Shown: positions 9,555-19,826, counted from the first letter of the stretch. The stretch: DNA of 44,378 nucleotides from a virus (IMGVR_UViG_3300031841_001583:1-44378), one strand, 5' to 3'. The notes: generated by a model from the letters alone, not told the origin. Made by a program: numbers and translations.

Positions 9555-11216
9555 TTAATTGGCGAACTGCTCAAGCAGCAATCTGTATTGTTCGTACTCG
9601 GGCGTGCCGGGTTCAGCTGTAAGTTCACCGCCAGCTTTGGCGTTGATGAGCTGTTCAACTGTCATGCCGTTCTGGCGCATGTGAGCCGCACCCTGCTCGG
9701 GCGTGAAGCTGCCCTTCAGGACGTTACGGAACACAGCCTGTGGCGTGCGTGACTGCACCTGTGCGTTGGTCAGACCCTCAGCCTTCTTGTACATCTCGGC
9801 GTACTGGGTGTAGACGTTCGCGTAGTCGGCAGGTCCTGCTTCCAGTATGGCAAGCTCGAACATGGCCGAGTACTCAGCGCGTAGCTCAGTCATCGGGCCG
9901 GGTGCCGGGAAGCCGAACTGGTTGGACGGGACAGGGAACGATTCATCGAACCTGTTGACCCATGTCTTCTTGCGCGGGTCAGCGGCCAGCCGTGTCTTGC
10001 GATCCTGTGAGCCTTCCAAGTCAGCAAGCATCTGACGGTATGCCGTCTTAGCTTCTGGGGAATGCGGAGGACCGAACGCGCCCTTGGCCCACTCCTGCTG
10101 AAGGTTCAGCGGGGACACCATAGGGTGAGATGGGTTGAGTGCGATCTGCGTCTGGAGCTGGTTGACACGTGGAGCGTCGAACCCATGCTGTGCTGTGTCG
10201 TCGCGGCTCGTGCGCCACGCAGAGACAGCGGCAGTCGCATCCTCTGCTTGGATGATACCGTTACGCAGGAGGTCAACCGTGTCGGCTGTCGGGTCGATGC
10301 CGGAGAGCAGCTGGACGGTCAGGTGTGCCCTGCCGTTCTTCCGCATCTCGTCTCGCTGTGCCTTAGCGGCAGTAGCAGCATCGCTCTCACGACCTTCACG
10401 TACAGCACGTGCCTTGGAGATGGCCGTGTTGATGTCCTCTGCCATGTTGGGATCAGAGATACCTGTCGGGTCGCCGGAAGGGAACCGCTCGGGTGCGTTC
10501 TGAATGATGGACTCATCACCCGCATCAATCGCGAGGTCGAAGATCATCTCCCAGTAGGTCGACACCTTCTCGGAACCGTCGAACGCGAGTCCGGTACGCT
10601 TACCGATCTTCTCGTAGTCGACCACACCGTCAATCTCTAAGCCGTTCTTGGCTTCGTTGTAGATCATCACCCTCTGCTCTTGCCGTACACGTTCCAACTG
10701 GAAGTTACGGTGAGTGTCGAGCAGCTGTGCGTTCTGTGCGAAGATGCCTTCGGCTACCTGCTGTCCGTAGACAGACTGAGGGTTGATGCCCTTGAGCTGT
10801 GCCGAGTAGTAACCGTCGATCACAGCCTGAGCTTCATCCTCTCCAAGGTTCTCCCAGTCAGCGCCACGTAGAACTTCAGGCAACTCTTTGGAGAACAAGG
10901 CGAGGTCGTTCTTGGCTTCGATCTCATCCCACATCTCAGCGTAGCCCTTGTTGGTAGTCTCCGCGTCACGGGACATACCAGCAGCTGACTCGAAGGCAGC
11001 CGTTGAGCGGCCCTTCTCGTTGCGCTGATTGAGTATCTCAGTCGTGAGGTCAGCACCTACGCCGAACGCCTGCTGAAGGGCACGAGCTTGGCGTGTGGCC
11101 TGATCGTTGCCCTGTGAGGTCAGGAACCTACGGCTCTCACGTAGTTGTACCGGACGCTGGCCAGCGTTGAGGGGCTGGTCCTTGCGGGTACTGCGTTGTC
11201 TTGTATCGCGAGCCAT
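9555..11216 (-). CDS. Internal virion protein, gp15-like
   Basis: 553 aa, helical; synteny. Confidence 0.65.
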   Translation of the reverse strand: MARDTRQRSTRKDQPLNAGQRPVQLRESRRFLTSQGNDQATRQARALQQAFGVGADLTTEILNQRNEKGRSTAAFESAAGMSRDAETTNKGYAEMWDEIEAKNDLALFSKELPEVLRGADWENLGEDEAQAVIDGYYSAQLKGINPQSVYGQQVAEGIFAQNAQLLDTHRNFQLERVRQEQRVMIYNEAKNGLEIDGVVDYEKIGKRTGLAFDGSEKVSTYWEMIFDLAIDAGDESIIQNAPERFPSGDPTGISDPNMAEDINTAISKARAVREGRESDAATAAKAQRDEMRKNGRAHLTVQLLSGIDPTADTVDLLRNGIIQAEDATAAVSAWRTSRDDTAQHGFDAPRVNQLQTQIALNPSHPMVSPLNLQQEWAKGAFGPPHSPEAKTAYRQMLADLEGSQDRKTRLAADPRKKTWVNRFDESFPVPSNQFGFPAPGPMTELRAEYSAMFELAILEAGPADYANVYTQYAEMYKKAEGLTNAQVQSRTPQAVFRNVLKGSFTPEQGAAHMRQNGMTVEQLINAKAGGELTAEPGTPEYEQYRLLLEQFAN

Positions 11217-11225
11217 GATGGTTCC

Positions 11226-11894
11226 TTATGCGTTAGCGGTTCCGTACTGCGGCAGGGTGCCCGTCGTAGACGAGCCTATGGGGATGGAGTTGTCACGGGG
11301 TATCCGCTTTGTCTCTGCCATCCTGAGCTTGTCGATGCCCTTGCCAGCCCGGTATCCTTCGACACCAGCTGAGGCAATCTGCAAGCCAGCTTCAAGGGCA
11401 GACGGTGAGCGTATACCTGCGAGTGCAGTGTTAGCTCGGTCGTCGATGCCACGCTGTGCGAACGCAGCCTGCTTGGCTACGAGTGCTGCGTCCATGCCCT
11501 GATCCTGAATGGACTGGTTGATGGAGGCTGCGAACGAGGCACCAAGGGCACCAGATTCACCAGCTGCTACGCGGGCACGGGCACGCCTCTCGCGAGACTC
11601 CTTGATGCGCTCACCAATTTCTTCTTCGGCTGCGGCGTTAGCTTCATCGCGCTCGTTGTTCGCCTGTACTCCGATAGCTTCAGCCTGAGCCTTAGCTGTC
11701 TGCTGCTGTCCATAGACAGACGCTGCGGCACCAACCAAAGAGATGGCGGTCATCACCTGTGTTGCTGTGATACCTGTGGTGACAGCGGCAGTCGTGCCAG
11801 CAGCAGCTACAGTTCCTGCGGCTGCGGCACCACCAGCTGCGGCGGCACCACCTGTGAACAGTGCCGGGATTGCGGCGAGTAGAGGAGCGCACAT
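11226..11894 (-). CDS. Internal virion protein, gp14-like
   Basis: Met-Cys start, Ala/Gly-rich hydrophobic N-terminus, ARVAAGESG motif; synteny. Confidence 0.75.
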   Translation of the reverse strand: MCAPLLAAIPALFTGGAAAAGGAAAAGTVAAAGTTAAVTTGITATQVMTAISLVGAAASVYGQQQTAKAQAEAIGVQANNERDEANAAAEEEIGERIKESRERRARARVAAGESGALGASFAASINQSIQDQGMDAALVAKQAAFAQRGIDDRANTALAGIRSPSALEAGLQIASAGVEGYRAGKGIDKLRMAETKRIPRDNSIPIGSSTTGTLPQYGTANA

Positions 11895-11897
11895 GGG

Positions 11898-12377
11898 CTA
11901 ATTCCTTTTGGATAGGTATTGAATGAAGGGGGTCTTCCCGGCCCCGAACTCGGCAACCTCAAGGCATGGCTTAAAGCCAAGACGAGGGAGCCACATCTGG
12001 GTGGGGATGTTGTCCTTATCAATAAAGTTTGTTAGGAACTCGTACCTCTCGTGCATGACCGCAAGGTATTTCTTGCAGCACCGCATGAAGTCGAGTTTGT
12101 TTTCGTAGATGCCAGCACTGGCCAGTAACCAGATGCCGCCTGCTACGCCCGGTTCGTCCGGGTTCAGTTCGTTCGCGCCGAACATTGCAACAGGGTGTCC
12201 CTGCCACAGTGCAGTCCAGCACATGTCGTCGTCCGATACACGTATGGATTCCAACAGAGCCTCCAGCGGTTCTTGGCCAGAGGCTCTGTGGATTTCCAGC
12301 ATATCACAAGGACGAAGTCGAGGTGCCAACTGGGTAGCGTGTACCCGTGATGCTGGCCTGATCTCGAATCTCTCCAT
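11898..12377 (-). CDS. gp13-like internal virion protein (acetyltransferase-like fold)
   Basis: LRPCDMLEI and LTNFIDKDN...WLPRLGF motifs; synteny. Confidence 0.75.
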   Translation of the reverse strand: MERFEIRPASRVHATQLAPRLRPCDMLEIHRASGQEPLEALLESIRVSDDDMCWTALWQGHPVAMFGANELNPDEPGVAGGIWLLASAGIYENKLDFMRCCKKYLAVMHERYEFLTNFIDKDNIPTQMWLPRLGFKPCLEVAEFGAGKTPFIQYLSKRN

Positions 12378-12378
12378 C

Positions 12379-14598
12379 TTAAATACTCCTCGTTCTCTTT
12401 GTGAACTTCCCTTCCCACTCTGCCGAGGTGAACTTCGACTGAAGATGAGACGGGTTCTTTAGGGTTATAGCAACGTCCCTACTGTTGCCGTCGATGTACG
12501 TCTGGTAGGTACCAGTGCCGAACTCAGCATCACCTAATATCAACGATGCCTCGCCCAACGTACGACCAGTGAATGCGTCCAGTGAAGCAGGGATAACATC
12601 CTCCACGTCAGCCGCAAAGTCTGTCCCGTATGGGTAGACCTCGACTTGGAAGAACCCTGAGTCCTTGAAGTTCACGGTCAGTGTCCGCAAGTTCAACCTT
12701 CCGGTTGTGTCTGCTTCGTCACTGGACGTGTACACGAACTGCTCGCTCAACTGGTAGGTGCCATCGTAGTTCAGCCCCACGACGGGAGCGCCACTTGTGA
12801 TGTCACCCGGTACGCTGATCTCGTTGTTACCAGCCACGACCTCAAAGGTGTAGGTCGTCTGATCTACCAGCCTGCCTACGTCGCCTGTGCCAGCTGTCAG
12901 GATAACCTTCCAGTTGCCCTGCACGTTAGCCGAAAGATCGTACGGCAGTGTGATCGTTGTCTCATCCAGACCCACCGAGTACGACATGTCACCCGGCTGT
13001 ACGTCATAGCGACGGTCCAGCAGAATGTCCCACCCGAGGGCGAGAGTCTCAGCGTTGACATCCAGATCGAACTTCTCAAGATACGTAGCGTCACTTCGTT
13101 TAATCAAAGCAAATACTTCGTCCTCGATCACGTCGACGGAGAGAAGCACATCAGATGCGTCCAGCTCCCAGTAGCTCCATGCTGACTGAGCCTTCTGATC
13201 GCCAGACCAGAACACCTTGTACACGTAGATGCGGTTCTTGTACCCAGTGGCACCTGACACGAAGAACAGTGCGTCCTCAACGTCTGAGCCAGCCATGCCG
13301 ATGATCTGGCCGGGTACGTACCGTGGCACGTGGGCTGTGATGTCAGCCGCGTCGGTGGCCATAGTCTGATCGTTCACGAAGTACTCGCGAATACGGGACC
13401 AAGAGCCAGCCTTCGAGACAAAGTAAACCTCACTGCCTACACGTACGGGTGCGACTGTGTCGTCCATCTCGAACCCGGTAGTCTCGTCAATGGAGACAGA
13501 CACGGGTGTAAGCACGTCACGTACGCTCAGTGAGAACTGGCTCTGGTCCGCAAACAGCATCATCGTATTGTTGAACGGCACGGCAAACTTCAGGATCGAC
13601 ACCTTGTTGGTGGCGAGGGCAACGTCCACAATGTCACTGTCAAGCAGTGTCGTCATGGTGTTACGCCAGAAGTTACCGTAGTCGCCAGCTGTGCTGAGGA
13701 CCACGTTCTCGTCGGTGATGAATCCCAGACGGTTCTTCCAGTAGAACACACCGTTGATGGTGCGTCCGTCGAAGGTCGCCGGGGGGTTTGTGTTAGCGTC
13801 ACCAAACTGTCGAGCCGTGTAGCTGAACGGTGTGAAGGTGAACGTGCCGTCACTCTCGCGTACGAGGGCGTGCGGCAGGGTGGCCTCATCATAAGAGAGG
13901 TTGGCACCGGGGCCATAAGTCTCAACCCATACACCACCTGAGCGGCGTACGTAGTAACCACCGAAGTTGTCCTCGTCGTAGCCGACAACCTTGTACAGGT
14001 CGCCGTTGCTGGGCGGTGAGGCATCTTCAGGGTGCGGGAGGTCGGACCATGTGTTGACCGTGCCAGTGAGCGTACCAGCCCCATTGGGGTTGTAGTAGCG
14101 GCCAGCTCGGCGGTAGCCCCAAGTGTCGGGGTGGTACCAGTTGTTGTAGAATGTGGGGGTTGTGGTCGGAGATGTCTTGGTTGCACAGACAACCGTCTTG
14201 TTCGTGATGAACGAGTAGTCAGCGATGGAGTCCAGCGAGAACGAGTCCTCGGCGTTACCACCACCAACGATTGTCAGGTATGCCTTGCCAGTCGGGAAGT
14301 TGACTGTCTTCTCTACGCCAGTGTCAGCGTCGAAGACCTTGAGGTCCCCGTCTGTGACAATCACGAGGTACCGTTCCGACGTGTCGCGGTTGATGGTATG
14401 CACGTGCGCCGTACTCCAGTCGGCGGTCGTCACCTGCGCAAGGTGCTGAGAAGGTGGACGCTTACGCAGCCCATCCTGAACGGTACCATACATGTTGACT
14501 TGAGCTTCGGCCTGCGACGGTTGGCGCAAGGTGGGGTTCTGTTGGGATACCCCATTGTATAGCGCGGGTATGTGCCGCGAGACGAGAGCGTCAGCCAT
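12379..14598 (-). CDS. Tail tubular protein B (nozzle, gp12-like)
   Basis: GVSQQNP, INRDTSERY, NRLGF and QSAWSYW motifs; 739 aa. Confidence 0.93.
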   Translation of the reverse strand: MADALVSRHIPALYNGVSQQNPTLRQPSQAEAQVNMYGTVQDGLRKRPPSQHLAQVTTADWSTAHVHTINRDTSERYLVIVTDGDLKVFDADTGVEKTVNFPTGKAYLTIVGGGNAEDSFSLDSIADYSFITNKTVVCATKTSPTTTPTFYNNWYHPDTWGYRRAGRYYNPNGAGTLTGTVNTWSDLPHPEDASPPSNGDLYKVVGYDEDNFGGYYVRRSGGVWVETYGPGANLSYDEATLPHALVRESDGTFTFTPFSYTARQFGDANTNPPATFDGRTINGVFYWKNRLGFITDENVVLSTAGDYGNFWRNTMTTLLDSDIVDVALATNKVSILKFAVPFNNTMMLFADQSQFSLSVRDVLTPVSVSIDETTGFEMDDTVAPVRVGSEVYFVSKAGSWSRIREYFVNDQTMATDAADITAHVPRYVPGQIIGMAGSDVEDALFFVSGATGYKNRIYVYKVFWSGDQKAQSAWSYWELDASDVLLSVDVIEDEVFALIKRSDATYLEKFDLDVNAETLALGWDILLDRRYDVQPGDMSYSVGLDETTITLPYDLSANVQGNWKVILTAGTGDVGRLVDQTTYTFEVVAGNNEISVPGDITSGAPVVGLNYDGTYQLSEQFVYTSSDEADTTGRLNLRTLTVNFKDSGFFQVEVYPYGTDFAADVEDVIPASLDAFTGRTLGEASLILGDAEFGTGTYQTYIDGNSRDVAITLKNPSHLQSKFTSAEWEGKFTKRTRSI

Positions 14599-14600
14599 GA

Positions 14601-15209
14601 TTATCTCCGGGTAGGATTGCGATGCCGATGAAGGGCAACTGAGTTAGCGTTCAGGTTGTAACGCTTCTGTCGTTGCTCGGTGCGCCTGAAGGTAGAGTAC
14701 GCCTCCGACTCATCGTCGCGGGTGAATTGGTGTAGCACAGCAGATGCCATGATACCGGACTGGAACTTCCGGGCTGCCTTCGTGGCAACGTACTGGCGTG
14801 CGTGCTGGGGAATCTGCTCGAACTCGTAGAGCCACACGATGTCAACCTTCAGGTCGCCTGTGATCTCATTGAAGCTCTGCTTCTCCCTGTCGTACAGGAA
14901 CATGCCAGCCGGGGAGTTGCTGTCGTACCGTGGCACGAAGTCCTGCCCGTATGACGGGTCTATCTGTACGGCGTTCGATGGCACCGCGATCCGGCCTGTG
15001 CCGTCCGGGGTCATCTCGTATTCTCGGTCGGAGTTGAAGCTCCAGCCTTGAGTCAGCACCTCGCGCAACGCACTGTCCAGAGCCACTACTGCTTTGTTGA
15101 CATCTTTGGGCAGGGTGCCAGTGAGTGTGTTGACGGGAGACTGACCAATCGAAGCGAGCATGAGGTTCACTGCGTCGAGCTTCGTTTGTGCTACTGTTGG
15201 GGTAGTCAT
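14601..15209 (-). CDS. Tail tubular protein A (adaptor, gp11-like)
   Basis: LDAVNLMLASIGQSPV and GWSFN motifs. Confidence 0.93.
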   Translation of the reverse strand: MTTPTVAQTKLDAVNLMLASIGQSPVNTLTGTLPKDVNKAVVALDSALREVLTQGWSFNSDREYEMTPDGTGRIAVPSNAVQIDPSYGQDFVPRYDSNSPAGMFLYDREKQSFNEITGDLKVDIVWLYEFEQIPQHARQYVATKAARKFQSGIMASAVLHQFTRDDESEAYSTFRRTEQRQKRYNLNANSVALHRHRNPTRR

Positions 15210-15223
15210 ATCAGTGTCCTATG

Positions 15224-15254
15224 AAAAAATGGAGCAGACATTGCGGTCTGCTCC
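15224..15254 (-). terminator. Intrinsic terminator after the capsid operon (Tphi-like position)
   Basis: GGAGCAGAC-CGCAAT-GTCTGCTCC hairpin followed by ATTTTTT. Confidence 0.8.
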
Positions 15255-15263
15255 GGGGATAGT

Positions 15264-15482
15264 TTAGTCGTTCGGACCTGTGAACAGGTCATCAGCCGTC
15301 CAATCACGCTGCGTCAAAGCACCGTAACCTGCGGTCGAACCATGATCCAGCTCAATGAAAGCCAGAACTTCGCGCCACTTGCCAATCGTCTCGCGCAGAC
15401 CGACAATAGTCATGTCCTGCGTCAGAGCCAATTCGACTCCGGCGATTGCAGTCTCAAGGACTGTATCAACTGGGTAAGCCAT
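15264..15482 (-). CDS. Small protein after the capsid gene, possible head decoration
   Basis: 72 aa, AGGA SD; lies before the terminator, so likely co-expressed with the capsid gene. Confidence 0.6.
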   Translation of the reverse strand: MAYPVDTVLETAIAGVELALTQDMTIVGLRETIGKWREVLAFIELDHGSTAGYGALTQRDWTADDLFTGPND

Positions 15483-15506
15483 AATGGTTTCCTAAGTAGA
15501 AGTTAA

Positions 15507-15528
15507 GGCTCCCCCCGAAGGGGGAACC
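15507..15528 (-). other. Stable cUUCGg hairpin after the capsid stop codon (mRNA stabiliser or weak terminator)
   Basis: GGTTCCCCC-TTCG-GGGGGAGCC; no proper downstream U tract. Confidence 0.55.
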
Positions 15529-15546
15529 AAAAAGGGTGAACATCAC

Positions 15547-16491
15547 TTACGCAGTGATGACCTCAACCGCAGCCTTGTTGATGAGCGGACCATGACCAAC
15601 GGCCATTTTGCCCAGCATCAACGTACCCTGCCTACGACCATCGTAGATTTCCTCGGTAGCCATACCGATAAGCTGAACAGTGGCCGCAGCACGTGATACG
15701 AAGATCAGTGCGGACGTGTTAGCCATGTTCAAACGGTAGGCAGAAGGAATGCTCGTGTCAGCAGAGCTGTCAACGAACGGCAGAGCGTTAGAACGCGATA
15801 CGTTCACGCCGCCGATCATACTGAAGGAACCCTTCGAGTACGAACCGTCGCCATCAACGTCCCGGTTCAGGACGAGAGTGCTTTCCTGAGCAAGCAGGTA
15901 CCACTGTGCAGGTTTAACCACACACTGTACAGGTACAGCTTCGACAGGAACATCAGCTTCTTCCATCGTCTGCTTCGCGGTCCAGATCGAGCCAGCCAGC
16001 GAAGTTGCAGATGTCTTGGAATCAGCATCAGTGATCTGCGTACCACCAGTATCGGCAGCAAACAGGGAGAGGCCACGTGCAGCACGGGCAATGTTACGAG
16101 CGACGTTCTTGTCGTAGAACAGGGCGAGGGCAAGGCCCAGCTCCTGCGAGTACGGAGAGCGTACGTCGTAGTGGTTCATAGCTTCATCAATGTTGGCGAT
16201 GAAGGTATCAGCGATCAACTGGTCGTCAACCGAGATGGTGACTTCGTTGTGCTGGATGGCGGTACCCGTAAGCTCGGTGCCTGCCGTGTGGTAGGCAGCA
16301 GAGGCTTTATAGATAGCCGGGAAGCTGGCACTCTTGCCGCTTGCGATGGTCTTATGCTCGGTCAAAGGTTTCAGAATCGTGTTCGTCTCGAACGCGGTCA
16401 GAACCTCACCAGCAAAGACCTTCTCAAACATGGCGCGAGTGTCGCCTGCGCCTCGGACTTGACCGAGACGTGAAGGTGTTGCGTTAGCCAT
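15547..16491 (-). CDS. Major capsid protein (gp10-like)
   Basis: KVFAGEVLTAF, IASGKSASFP and YDVRSPYSQELGLALA motifs. Confidence 0.96.
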   Translation of the reverse strand: MANATPSRLGQVRGAGDTRAMFEKVFAGEVLTAFETNTILKPLTEHKTIASGKSASFPAIYKASAAYHTAGTELTGTAIQHNEVTISVDDQLIADTFIANIDEAMNHYDVRSPYSQELGLALALFYDKNVARNIARAARGLSLFAADTGGTQITDADSKTSATSLAGSIWTAKQTMEEADVPVEAVPVQCVVKPAQWYLLAQESTLVLNRDVDGDGSYSKGSFSMIGGVNVSRSNALPFVDSSADTSIPSAYRLNMANTSALIFVSRAAATVQLIGMATEEIYDGRRQGTLMLGKMAVGHGPLINKAAVEVITA

Positions 16492-16707
16492 TAGGAGAAT
16501 TCCTTTAATGGGGGGTGTAAGGGAGGGTGAATCGCTTCATGGCTAACGGTACGCAGATTGTCCGACAGCACCGGAGTCTTCGACGTAGCTTAAAGCGGGG
16601 TGGTTATACCGCAAGTTGGCCAACCTGCGGTGGAATGAGGTGCCCCGACCCGTTGCGGGCCGAGGACTTGTTGTCTGTGTGGAGGAGAGGACACACGGAC
16701 GGAGGGA
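16492..16707 (-). ncRNA. Structured 5' leader of the capsid gene (candidate cis-regulatory RNA)
   Basis: 216-nt intergenic region with several hairpins, including a 24-nt near-palindrome at 16608-16631. Confidence 0.45.
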
Positions 16708-17505
16708 TCATATATCAGACCGTGCCAGTTTCTCCTGCACTTCCCGGCGAAACGCCGAGTCGGTCTTGTATTTCGACGATGCCATATCCTTCATCATTTC
16801 ACGAGAGGATTGGTACACGCCGCCTGCGGTGGACCCGTTAGAGTTACCGCGAATTGTACTGGGTTCCACGTCGATGTTCTCGGCGTAGATTTTTGCCAGA
16901 GCTTTTGCACCCTGTGATACGATGCCAGCCTGATTCGAGGTGAGCTGCACGTTCAGTGCCTGCTTCTCCTCGTCGGTCAGGTTGTCAGCTGCCCAGTTAA
17001 TAGCCTCTTTGTACCCGTCTTCGCCTTGGAACGGCTCGAACGCTGCGTTGTCCAGCTGCGTAACGATTGCAGTCTGTCCAGCGATGTACTCATTGACCAT
17101 GTCACGGGATAAGCCGACCTTCTCAAGCGCCGCAAACGTGCCATCCGACAGTTCACCCTTCTCGGCAAACTCGGTGGACGCATTCTCAACGACGTTGACC
17201 TGTGCTTCAGGTGCAACTTCAGGTTCAGCTTCAGGTGCAACTTCCGGCTCGCCATTCTGTGCGCGACGGAGCGCAGCCTCAGCGTCAGCCTGTGCCTTGA
17301 GCAGTGCCTCAGTGTTGACAGCACCCTTCGCAGCGTCCCAGAATTTCTCTGGCACATTCTCGGGCCGTGCTGGTACGCCGCCTTCAGGTTCCGCAGCGGG
17401 GGCCGCGCCTTCAGGTTCCGACATCTTCAGCATTGCCTCATTGTGGCCTTCAGGTGAACCATCAGACGGAACACCACCACCATTCGGGATGATTGAGTCA
17501 GTCAT
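16708..17505 (-). CDS. Capsid scaffolding protein (gp9-like)
   Basis: Acidic; RPENVPEKFW, WAADNL and KYKTDSAFRREVQEKL motifs. Confidence 0.9.
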   Translation of the reverse strand: MTDSIIPNGGGVPSDGSPEGHNEAMLKMSEPEGAAPAAEPEGGVPARPENVPEKFWDAAKGAVNTEALLKAQADAEAALRRAQNGEPEVAPEAEPEVAPEAQVNVVENASTEFAEKGELSDGTFAALEKVGLSRDMVNEYIAGQTAIVTQLDNAAFEPFQGEDGYKEAINWAADNLTDEEKQALNVQLTSNQAGIVSQGAKALAKIYAENIDVEPSTIRGNSNGSTAGGVYQSSREMMKDMASSKYKTDSAFRREVQEKLARSDI

Positions 17506-17508
17506 AGG

Positions 17509-17811
17509 TTACTCCTTCGAGCTTTTAGGCTTCGTTGGGGTACGGGTCTTGCTTGCAGCTTGGGCTTTCATTGCCAATTTGCAGTCCTCGTTGTCCGGGT
17601 GGACGGAGGTGCGCGTAACTACGCCGTCATTGTACGTGACGTTCTTGGTGAACGACCCGTTCTTGTTGTCGACGTACTCGGTGCCTACTGCGTGGCGTGC
17701 CTTGGGCTTGAGGCCCTGTGCAAAGTAGTGCGGCTCAGAATTGAGGTCCGCTTTCGGGCGAGCGGCATCTTCAGATGAGATGCGGTACTCGCGTTTGGTG
17801 CCTTCTGACAT
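17509..17811 (-). CDS. Hypothetical protein (100 aa)
   Basis: GAGGAG SD; fills the gap between portal and scaffold genes. Confidence 0.65.
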   Translation of the reverse strand: MSEGTKREYRISSEDAARPKADLNSEPHYFAQGLKPKARHAVGTEYVDNKNGSFTKNVTYNDGVVTRTSVHPDNEDCKLAMKAQAASKTRTPTKPKSSKE

Positions 17812-17831
17812 TTTACTCTCCTCGTTGTGGT

Positions 17832-19340
17832 TTATTCGACCATGCCCTTAGCCATTGCTCCGGCTACAGGGGCCAGCGTCTTGTCAGCTACCATAGCTGT
17901 CTGTTGCTGCTGTGTTTCGGCCTCTTTCATCTCGTCGGTCTTGCGAAGTGCTTGAACATCGACGTTGTGATGGGTGGACAATCTGTCTGCTACTGCTGCT
18001 GGGTCAAACTCAGCCATGAACGCCTCACCAAACATGCCAACACCGTCAGCAAAGTACTGACGTAGCTTGTTCAGTTCGTGCCCACGCCCGAGTGCCTCGA
18101 ATCCAGTCACGATGACCGGAGACACTGCACCTGACGGCAGGGTAGGGAACCGTCCCTGAGACTTCAGGCGCTCGATGAGCCTGCGAACCACCTTATGTTG
18201 TAGTTCAGCAGCAAGGACGGTGTAGACACCACCCAGTACATCTTCGAGTTCCTGTGCCTGCATCCGAATTTCTTCGGCGGTCACACGTTCCGCGTTACGG
18301 ACGGTGCCCGTGGTAAGCAGGAAGGCATGGGACAGTCTGAGTGATAGATCGTCTATCTGTGATTTTGCGACTTGGAAATCGTGGAACTTATTCAGCTGAA
18401 GTACGCCTATGTCCTCGATGTTGCCCTCAACAAACTCACCCGACTCTGCATCTTGCAGTGCTTCGAGGTCAGTCGTGGAGTTGGGGCGGTCAAGGAAGAT
18501 AACCTTGGCGGCAGCAGCTGAGAAAGACACGAGGTCCTTCGACAGGTCTTCGAGTGAGCGCAGATCACCGAGGTATTCCTCGCAGTGACCACGACCATAG
18601 TTCTCGTTCTCCAGCGCAGCCCACCTGAGCGGGATGAACGGGGAGTTGTCGTAGGACGTACGGCCCTGAGAGCCGGGGACTTCCTTCTCGTCAATCTCTT
18701 GGTACCACACAGCCTTGTTGCCTTCCTTGCGGACGTGTGTGTAGATGGTGACATCCTCGTCGCCATCGTCATCTGCTTCCACGAGCAATCCCTTTGCGTC
18801 GTCAGGCAGTGTGTACTTCGAGACTTTCTCTTGTGTTACGATCTCGAACCAGTTGCCTGATGCGTCACGTACCACAACGTAGTTCTGTAGCCTGAAGATG
18901 CGAGACTCCTCGGTCTTCGGCATGTGGAGCAGGACGTTGCCTGTTACCACGAGTTGTTTGATAGCTGAATGAAGGATCACCGAGTCGGTGCCGCCTTCAA
19001 GCAGGGCAAGCGCGTCGTTCTCAAGCTGCTGCATGGCAGCTTCGATAGCTTCCGCAGCCTCGGGGTCGTCACCACCTATCAGCGCCAGTGTCTCCGGGTC
19101 AATCTGGAACCGGAAGAAAGGGTTGCCGGGTGGGAACAGGGCGAGCCTGAGCTTGGACGTGAGGTTGTTCACACCACGTGAGCCGAGGCTCTGGTATGGG
19201 GTGGACAGTGACGTGTTCTCGTCTGCACCTTCGGGCGGCATGAGTGCCGGGATGGTGATGTCCGCACAATCACGACCACGTTGCAGTACTTGGTCACGCT
19301 TTGAGTTCAGGGTAGTGAACCGTTCCTTAGCAGTAGCCAT
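17832..19340 (-). CDS. Portal / head-to-tail connector (gp8-like)
   Basis: PYQSLGSRGVNNL, ENYGRG and AERVTAEEIR motifs. Confidence 0.96.
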   Translation of the reverse strand: MATAKERFTTLNSKRDQVLQRGRDCADITIPALMPPEGADENTSLSTPYQSLGSRGVNNLTSKLRLALFPPGNPFFRFQIDPETLALIGGDDPEAAEAIEAAMQQLENDALALLEGGTDSVILHSAIKQLVVTGNVLLHMPKTEESRIFRLQNYVVVRDASGNWFEIVTQEKVSKYTLPDDAKGLLVEADDDGDEDVTIYTHVRKEGNKAVWYQEIDEKEVPGSQGRTSYDNSPFIPLRWAALENENYGRGHCEEYLGDLRSLEDLSKDLVSFSAAAAKVIFLDRPNSTTDLEALQDAESGEFVEGNIEDIGVLQLNKFHDFQVAKSQIDDLSLRLSHAFLLTTGTVRNAERVTAEEIRMQAQELEDVLGGVYTVLAAELQHKVVRRLIERLKSQGRFPTLPSGAVSPVIVTGFEALGRGHELNKLRQYFADGVGMFGEAFMAEFDPAAVADRLSTHHNVDVQALRKTDEMKEAETQQQQTAMVADKTLAPVAGAMAKGMVE

Positions 19341-19349
19341 GATGTGTCC

Positions 19350-19640
19350 TTATCTCTCTTGAATGTTGCGACGACGGCGACCACGGCCACCACGGGGGGT
19401 GCTGGGGTCTGGCATCACATCGTCACGGGGGCCGGGTGCTGGTTCGTTGTCGACAAGGCTCTCACCTATGTCACGACCACCAGCCGCTGCGGCTGAACCC
19501 ATTGGGATACGCAGGGACGAGCGTCCAGTGCGGATTGAGTCTATGCCTCGACCGCCAATGAACTCATCGAGGTACCTGTTGCGCAGGAACTGAGGTTTCT
19601 TGGGGTCCTTCGGTTTCGGAGGCTTAGGTGCTTTGCACAT
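19350..19640 (-). CDS. Small virion protein (gp6.7/7.3-like)
   Basis: MCKAPKPPKP start, GRSSLRI motif; immediately before the portal gene. Confidence 0.65.
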   Translation of the reverse strand: MCKAPKPPKPKDPKKPQFLRNRYLDEFIGGRGIDSIRTGRSSLRIPMGSAAAAGGRDIGESLVDNEPAPGPRDDVMPDPSTPRGGRGRRRRNIQER

Positions 19641-19649
19641 TCGAGTCTC

Positions 19650-19826
19650 CTAATATGAGGTGGATGGCATACGGTCCAGTCGGGAGCGTATCTCGGTGAT
19701 GAGGTCCACCTTGCCAGCGTACCTCTCGTGATCGCGCTCTGATTCATCAGGACGACGGCAACGAGGGGGGTATTGTTCTTCCAGCTGGATAAGGAGGGAC
19801 TCAGAATCTGTAGGTATTGCACGCAT
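19650..19826 (-). CDS. Small conserved-type protein (58 aa), first gene of the late module
   Basis: Manual translation MRAIPTDSESLLIQLEEQYPPRC...YAGKVDL...; GGAG SD; below the ORF-track cutoff. Confidence 0.65.
   Translation of the reverse strand: MRAIPTDSESLLIQLEEQYPPRCRRPDESERDHERYAGKVDLITEIRSRLDRMPSTSY

Noticed and set aside
15264-15560. T7-like capsid frameshift extension
   Set aside because: No clear slippery site seen; the downstream ORF has its own SD and is separated by a hairpin.
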